Shown: piece by piece, positions 60,089-64,000 of the stretch | How positions within the stretch are numbered: the first letter of the stretch is position 1 | How the letters are laid out: each line of letters opens with the position of its first letter | Assembly (NCBI GenBank): GCA_023393915.1 | Contig: JAEXBS010000096.1 | Location: 126,443-190,442, forward strand | From: Bacteroidota bacterium | Lineage (GTDB): Bacteria > Bacteroidota > Bacteroidia > Flavobacteriales > Weeksellaceae | DNA length: 64,000 bases | Direction of reading: 5' to 3' | Notes under the pieces: generated by a model | Database searches by the model: none | Told to the model about the DNA's origin: nothing | Seen by the model: the letters and a program-made list of their open reading frames with translations, nothing else | Program-made: the position numbers and the translations under genes

Positions 60089-61165
60089 ATGAAGCTGAAA
60101 TACTTAACGAAATGGCATGTGCTTGTCCCTATCCTAGCAGGACTATTCTATATTGCAGGAGGGCTAACAGGGTCAATTGCCACCAATATTATTGGAGCTG
60201 CTTTACTGTTCGGTAGTGTATTATCTGCGGTTCATCATGCTGAGGTAATTGCACATAAAGTGGGAGAACCTTACGGAACCATTATTTTGGCTATCTGTAT
60301 TACAATTCTAGAAGTGGGACTGATAATTTCCTTTATGCTCTCGGGTGGTGACGGTTCTTTAACTTATCCTCGAGACACTGTTTTTGCAGCGGTCATGCTG
60401 ATTCTTAATGGAATTCTAGGGATTTGTATCCTCGTGGGAGGTGTAAAGTATAAAGAGCAATTCTTTATGCGTAGTTCTGCGACAACCTACCTGGTTTCTT
60501 TAGTGGCAATTATTGTTCTTACCCTAATTTTACCCAATTATACCTCAAGTGTTAGAGGTCCTTTCTACACGGAAGCGCAATTGATCTTTATTTCCATTGC
60601 ATGTTTGGTAATCTATGGAACTTTTTTAATGGTTCAAACCGTACGCCATAGAAACTTCTTTATAGTGGAAGAAGAGAATCATACGGTTCATGAGGCGGAT
60701 CCACCTACTTTAGCAAAAACAATGGTTAGTCTAGTGCTATTAATCATAGGATTAGCAGTGGTGATTTTTATGGCTAAGGGATTATCGCCCGCAATAGAAA
60801 ACTTTGTACAAATTATCGGAGCGCCGCATGCACTTGTAGGAGTAATTATTGCTACGGTTGTTCTACTCCCGGAAGGTCTTGCTGCAATTCGTGCAGCTCG
60901 CAATAATCAGATTCAGTCCTCAATAAATTTAGGATTAGGATCCGCCCTTGCTTCAGTCGGGCTTACAATTCCTGCCGTATCCGTTGTTTGTATCCTATAC
61001 GATATCCCTTTTGTCTTGGGCTTAGACCTTAAATCCATCATTTTGCTGGCTTTATCTATTTGTGTGGTGATGCTCTCTCTTAGCAGAGGGAAAACCAATA
61101 TGCTCTATGGGGTAGTGCTTTTGGTGATCTTGGCATCTTATGTCTTTACGGTTATTGTTCCTTAG
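60089..61165 (+). CDS. chaA: Ca2+(Na+)/H+ antiporter, CaCA family (ChaA-like)
   Basis: VHHAEVIAHKVGEPYGT, LEV, QTVRHR, LLPEG, GSALASVGLTIP. Confidence 0.85.
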   Translation: MKLKYLTKWHVLVPILAGLFYIAGGLTGSIATNIIGAALLFGSVLSAVHHAEVIAHKVGEPYGTIILAICITILEVGLIISFMLSGGDGSLTYPRDTVFAAVMLILNGILGICILVGGVKYKEQFFMRSSATTYLVSLVAIIVLTLILPNYTSSVRGPFYTEAQLIFISIACLVIYGTFLMVQTVRHRNFFIVEEENHTVHEADPPTLAKTMVSLVLLIIGLAVVIFMAKGLSPAIENFVQIIGAPHALVGVIIATVVLLPEGLAAIRAARNNQIQSSINLGLGSALASVGLTIPAVSVVCILYDIPFVLGLDLKSIILLALSICVVMLSLSRGKTNMLYGVVLLVILASYVFTVIVP

Positions 61166-61184
61166 TGTAGGGAGCAAATCACTT

Positions 61185-61568
61185 TTACGACAGCCTTCTC
61201 GCAGTGGTCATTTTGTGAGACATTAATCGAGCAATGTTTCCTGCTTTATAGATTGCTTGGTCTGCTTTTTCACCCATGAACAGTTCTTCTACAGTCTCTG
61301 TCCATAGTTTCAACCAATGGTCAAAATGATGGGGTTCTATAGCGATCACTTCATTTACGGGGAAATGTTTTGCCATAGGGTTTCCCTTGTAAGAAGTTTG
61401 TCCAAAGAGTAAAGTTTCCCAGAATTGATACATTTTTGGAAGGTGTTCATCCCAGTTTACTTTGGCCACTTGGGTGAAAAAAAATCCAATCGTAGGATCC
61501 TGTGCTACTTTTTTGTAGAAACTATTAACTAAAAGTTCAATATCGCCCCGGGTTTCTAGTTTGTTCAT
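61185..61568 (-). CDS. Group III truncated hemoglobin
   Basis: LVNSFY, WDEHLPKMYQFW, GNPMAKH, HFDHWLKLW. Confidence 0.88.
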   Translation of the reverse strand: MNKLETRGDIELLVNSFYKKVAQDPTIGFFFTQVAKVNWDEHLPKMYQFWETLLFGQTSYKGNPMAKHFPVNEVIAIEPHHFDHWLKLWTETVEELFMGEKADQAIYKAGNIARLMSHKMTTARRLS

Positions 61569-61669
61569 ACTTGCAAATTTAGGTAAATATCTGTCATTGA
61601 GTGAAAGGCAAGCGGAATCCCCCTAATGAATAAGATGGGATTTGTTAAATTTGCAAGATAATTGAAACG

Positions 61670-62158
61670 ATGAATCTTGAAGCGCATAGAAAAGAAGCAC
61701 TAGCCAAACAGAAGGAGCACAAAAGAATTCTCGATCAACTTCGTCGAAAGCCGCCTAAAAATTTAGACACTTTAATGCAGGGGATTCATGATCAAGTCTT
61801 TTGTGAAATTGACTGTCTTTCATGCGCCAATTGTTGTACAACTACTGGTCCCTTGTTTACCCCAAAAGATGTAGAGCGGATTTCTAAGTATTTGAGAATG
61901 AAGAGTGCTGATTTCGAATCTCGCTATTTGCGAAGAGATGAAGAGGGAGACTTGGTATTAAAATCAGTACCCTGTGTCTTTTTACTTGCAGACAATACTT
62001 GTTCTATTTATCAACAAAGACCTAAAGCCTGTCGGGAATTTCCTCACACGGACCGAAAAAAATTCCACCAAATTAATCACCTTACCATTAAAAATACGGT
62101 AATATGCCCTGCGGCCTCACTTGTCGTTGATTATATCGGTGAGGCGATTAAGATATAA
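61670..62158 (+). CDS. YkgJ-family cysteine-cluster protein
   Basis: CLSCANCC, PCVFL, CSIY..RPKACREFP. Confidence 0.88.
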   Translation: MNLEAHRKEALAKQKEHKRILDQLRRKPPKNLDTLMQGIHDQVFCEIDCLSCANCCTTTGPLFTPKDVERISKYLRMKSADFESRYLRRDEEGDLVLKSVPCVFLLADNTCSIYQQRPKACREFPHTDRKKFHQINHLTIKNTVICPAASLVVDYIGEAIKI

Positions 62159-62163
62159 ACGAG

Positions 62164-62200
62164 AAATGCACCACAGAATAGGGTGCATTTTGTTTTTTTT
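62164..62200 (+). terminator. Intrinsic terminator between the YkgJ-family gene and gdhA
   Basis: AAATGCACC-N9-GGTGCATTT followed by a T-run. Confidence 0.7.
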
Positions 62201-62213
62201 ATCAATTTAGAAT

Positions 62214-63572
62214 TTATACCACTCCTTGAGCGAGCATTGCTTCGGCAACTTTTACAAAACCAGCAATATTAGCACCTTTTACGTAGTTGACATAACCGTT
62301 GTCCTCTTTACCATAGTCTTGGCAAGCTTTATGGATTCCAATCATGATTTCTTTTAATCGAGCATCAACTTCATCGGATGTCCAATTCAGTCGAATGGAG
62401 TTTTGGGTCATTTCTAATCCTGAGGTAGCTACCCCACCGGCATTAGAGGCTTTTCCTGGACTAAAGAGTACTTGGTTTTTTAAAAAGTAATTAATAGCCT
62501 CTAAAGTGGAAGGCATATTAGCTGCTTCTGTAACGCAGAGTACACCGTTTTCCACAAGTGTTTTTGCGTCTTCATAATGCAATTCGTTTTGTGTAGCAGC
62601 TGGGATGGCTACATCACATTTTACTTCCCATGGGCGTTTTCCTGCATGGAACTCTGCCGAAGGAAACTCTTTTACAAAGTCTTCCGCACGGTTGGTTCCT
62701 GAAGCTCTCATCGTTAAAAGGTAATCTACTTTCTCTCCAGAAATTCCTTCTTTGTCGTAAACATAACCGTCCGGACCAGATATCGTTAGGACTTTACCAC
62801 CGAGTTCGTTGATTTTTTTCACAACTCCCCACGCCACGTTTCCGAATCCTGATACAGAAAAGGTTTTGCCTTGAATTGACTCTCCAATTGTTTTTAGCAT
62901 TTGCTCACAGAAATAGACAACTCCGTAACCTGTAGCTTCAGGACGAATAAGAGACCCCCCATAAGCCAAACCTTTACCGGTTAGAACACCAGTGAATTCG
63001 TTGCGAACTTTTTTGTATTGTCCAAACAAATATCCAATTTCCCTTGCTCCCACACCTATGTCTCCTGCTGGAACGTCTGTTTCCGGTCCTATGTGCTTGC
63101 AAAGTTCAGTCATAAATGCTTGGCAAAAGCGCATGATTTCCATATCGGATTTCCCTTGAGGGTCGAAATCAGCTCCTCCTTTGCCTCCACCCATAGGAAG
63201 GGTGGTAAGGGAGTTTTTGAAAACTTGCTCGAAGGCTAGAAACTTTAAAACGGAAAGATTCACTGTAGGATGGAAGCGAATACCACCTTTGTAGGGGCCA
63301 ATTGCGGAATTCATTTGAATTCTGTACCCCCTATTGACATGAATTTCTCCTTTATCATCCATCCAAGGAACCCTAAAAATAATGATGCGTTCTGCTTCTG
63401 CCATCCTTTCTAGTAATTTTTTACCGCTGTATTCCTTGCGTGAAGCGATAAATGGAATTACGGTAACTGCTACTTCTTTAACAGCTTGAAGGAATTCAGG
63501 TTCGTTGGGGTTTCTTGCTTCGATTCGGTCAATAAAGTCCTGAATTTTCTGCTCAATATTGGGGTGTTCCAT
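62214..63572 (-). CDS. gdhA: NAD(P)-specific glutamate dehydrogenase
   Basis: GPYKGGIRFH, GGGKGG, DVPAGDIG, RPEATGYG, GFGNVA, NAGGVATSGLEM. Confidence 0.96.
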   Translation of the reverse strand: MEHPNIEQKIQDFIDRIEARNPNEPEFLQAVKEVAVTVIPFIASRKEYSGKKLLERMAEAERIIIFRVPWMDDKGEIHVNRGYRIQMNSAIGPYKGGIRFHPTVNLSVLKFLAFEQVFKNSLTTLPMGGGKGGADFDPQGKSDMEIMRFCQAFMTELCKHIGPETDVPAGDIGVGAREIGYLFGQYKKVRNEFTGVLTGKGLAYGGSLIRPEATGYGVVYFCEQMLKTIGESIQGKTFSVSGFGNVAWGVVKKINELGGKVLTISGPDGYVYDKEGISGEKVDYLLTMRASGTNRAEDFVKEFPSAEFHAGKRPWEVKCDVAIPAATQNELHYEDAKTLVENGVLCVTEAANMPSTLEAINYFLKNQVLFSPGKASNAGGVATSGLEMTQNSIRLNWTSDEVDARLKEIMIGIHKACQDYGKEDNGYVNYVKGANIAGFVKVAEAMLAQGVV

Positions 63573-63949
63573 TTTGGTGAAATATTATATAAACAAATTT
63601 AAATTTATTTTTAAATCTCGCAAGCATTCAATTTTGATTTGTAAAAATACAATCTATATTCCTTTATTATTTTGTTAAATGTATAATTATCGATAATAGA
63701 TTGTTAAAGTTATCATGTTCTGGTGAAATAGATATGATTCATTAAATTTATAATCGCCCTCGGTTACTGATGTGTTTTGCTGAATCAAGCAATTTATAGA
63801 AAGTTAAGAAATAGATAGCGAAGAATAGCGAAGAATCAACAGGGTGTTATTGTTCGTTTTCAGAAGCACTTCGCATTAAAACACACCATAAGGATCAGAG
63901 ATAGAAATTTACTTTAAATACTGATTAATAGTCGTGTACCCCAATGGTT

Positions 63950-64000
63950 TCATTCTTTGGTATTTTCGTTTTCACCACGGCTTTTCTTCCTTAGCTCTTC
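63950..64000 (-). CDS. Possible 3' end of a gene entering from the right edge
   Basis: Open frame ...EELRKKSRGENENTKE* ending at 63950; too short to classify. Confidence 0.3.
   Translation of the reverse strand, partial: EELRKKSRGENENTKE

Noticed and set aside
618..63239. Numerous 60-110 aa ORFs nested in or antisense to long genes
   Set aside because: All overlap well-supported genes and show no motifs
63815..63836. ATAGCGAAGA tandem duplication
   Set aside because: Only two copies with no spacers; not CRISPR or an iteron array
1..64000. CRISPR arrays, IS elements, prophage, defence systems, rRNA
   Set aside because: No repeat-spacer array, transposase, integrase, phage gene or defence gene recognised by eye; nearly all sequence is accounted for by core genes

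Overview
A gene-dense, mostly housekeeping 64 kb segment of a Bacteroidota chromosome. It is most likely Flavobacteriales/Weeksellaceae (Chryseobacterium-like), judged from TAnnTTTG promoters, A-rich start contexts without Shine-Dalgarno sites, a MurF-Alr fusion and an S46 peptidase. It holds about 55 CDS and two tRNA-Val genes. I saw no transposase, integrase, prophage, CRISPR array or rRNA. Non-coding highlights are a ~660 bp AT-rich rpiB-pgk intergenic region with several DnaA boxes (probable oriC, with no dnaA in the window) and two perfect parS palindromes bracketing mnmG. The best candidate for an uncharacterised system is a five-gene module at 1.7-5.2 kb: an exported TPR-like protein, a LytS-type kinase fused to a C-terminal 2TM domain, two stand-alone 2TM proteins and a LytTR regulator, preceded by a LytTR-type direct repeat. 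Smaller observations include interleaved bidirectional promoters, probable leaderless genes, a sigma54-like promoter before clpC and a terminator between the two tRNAs. All product calls come from motif recognition by eye; no database search was run.
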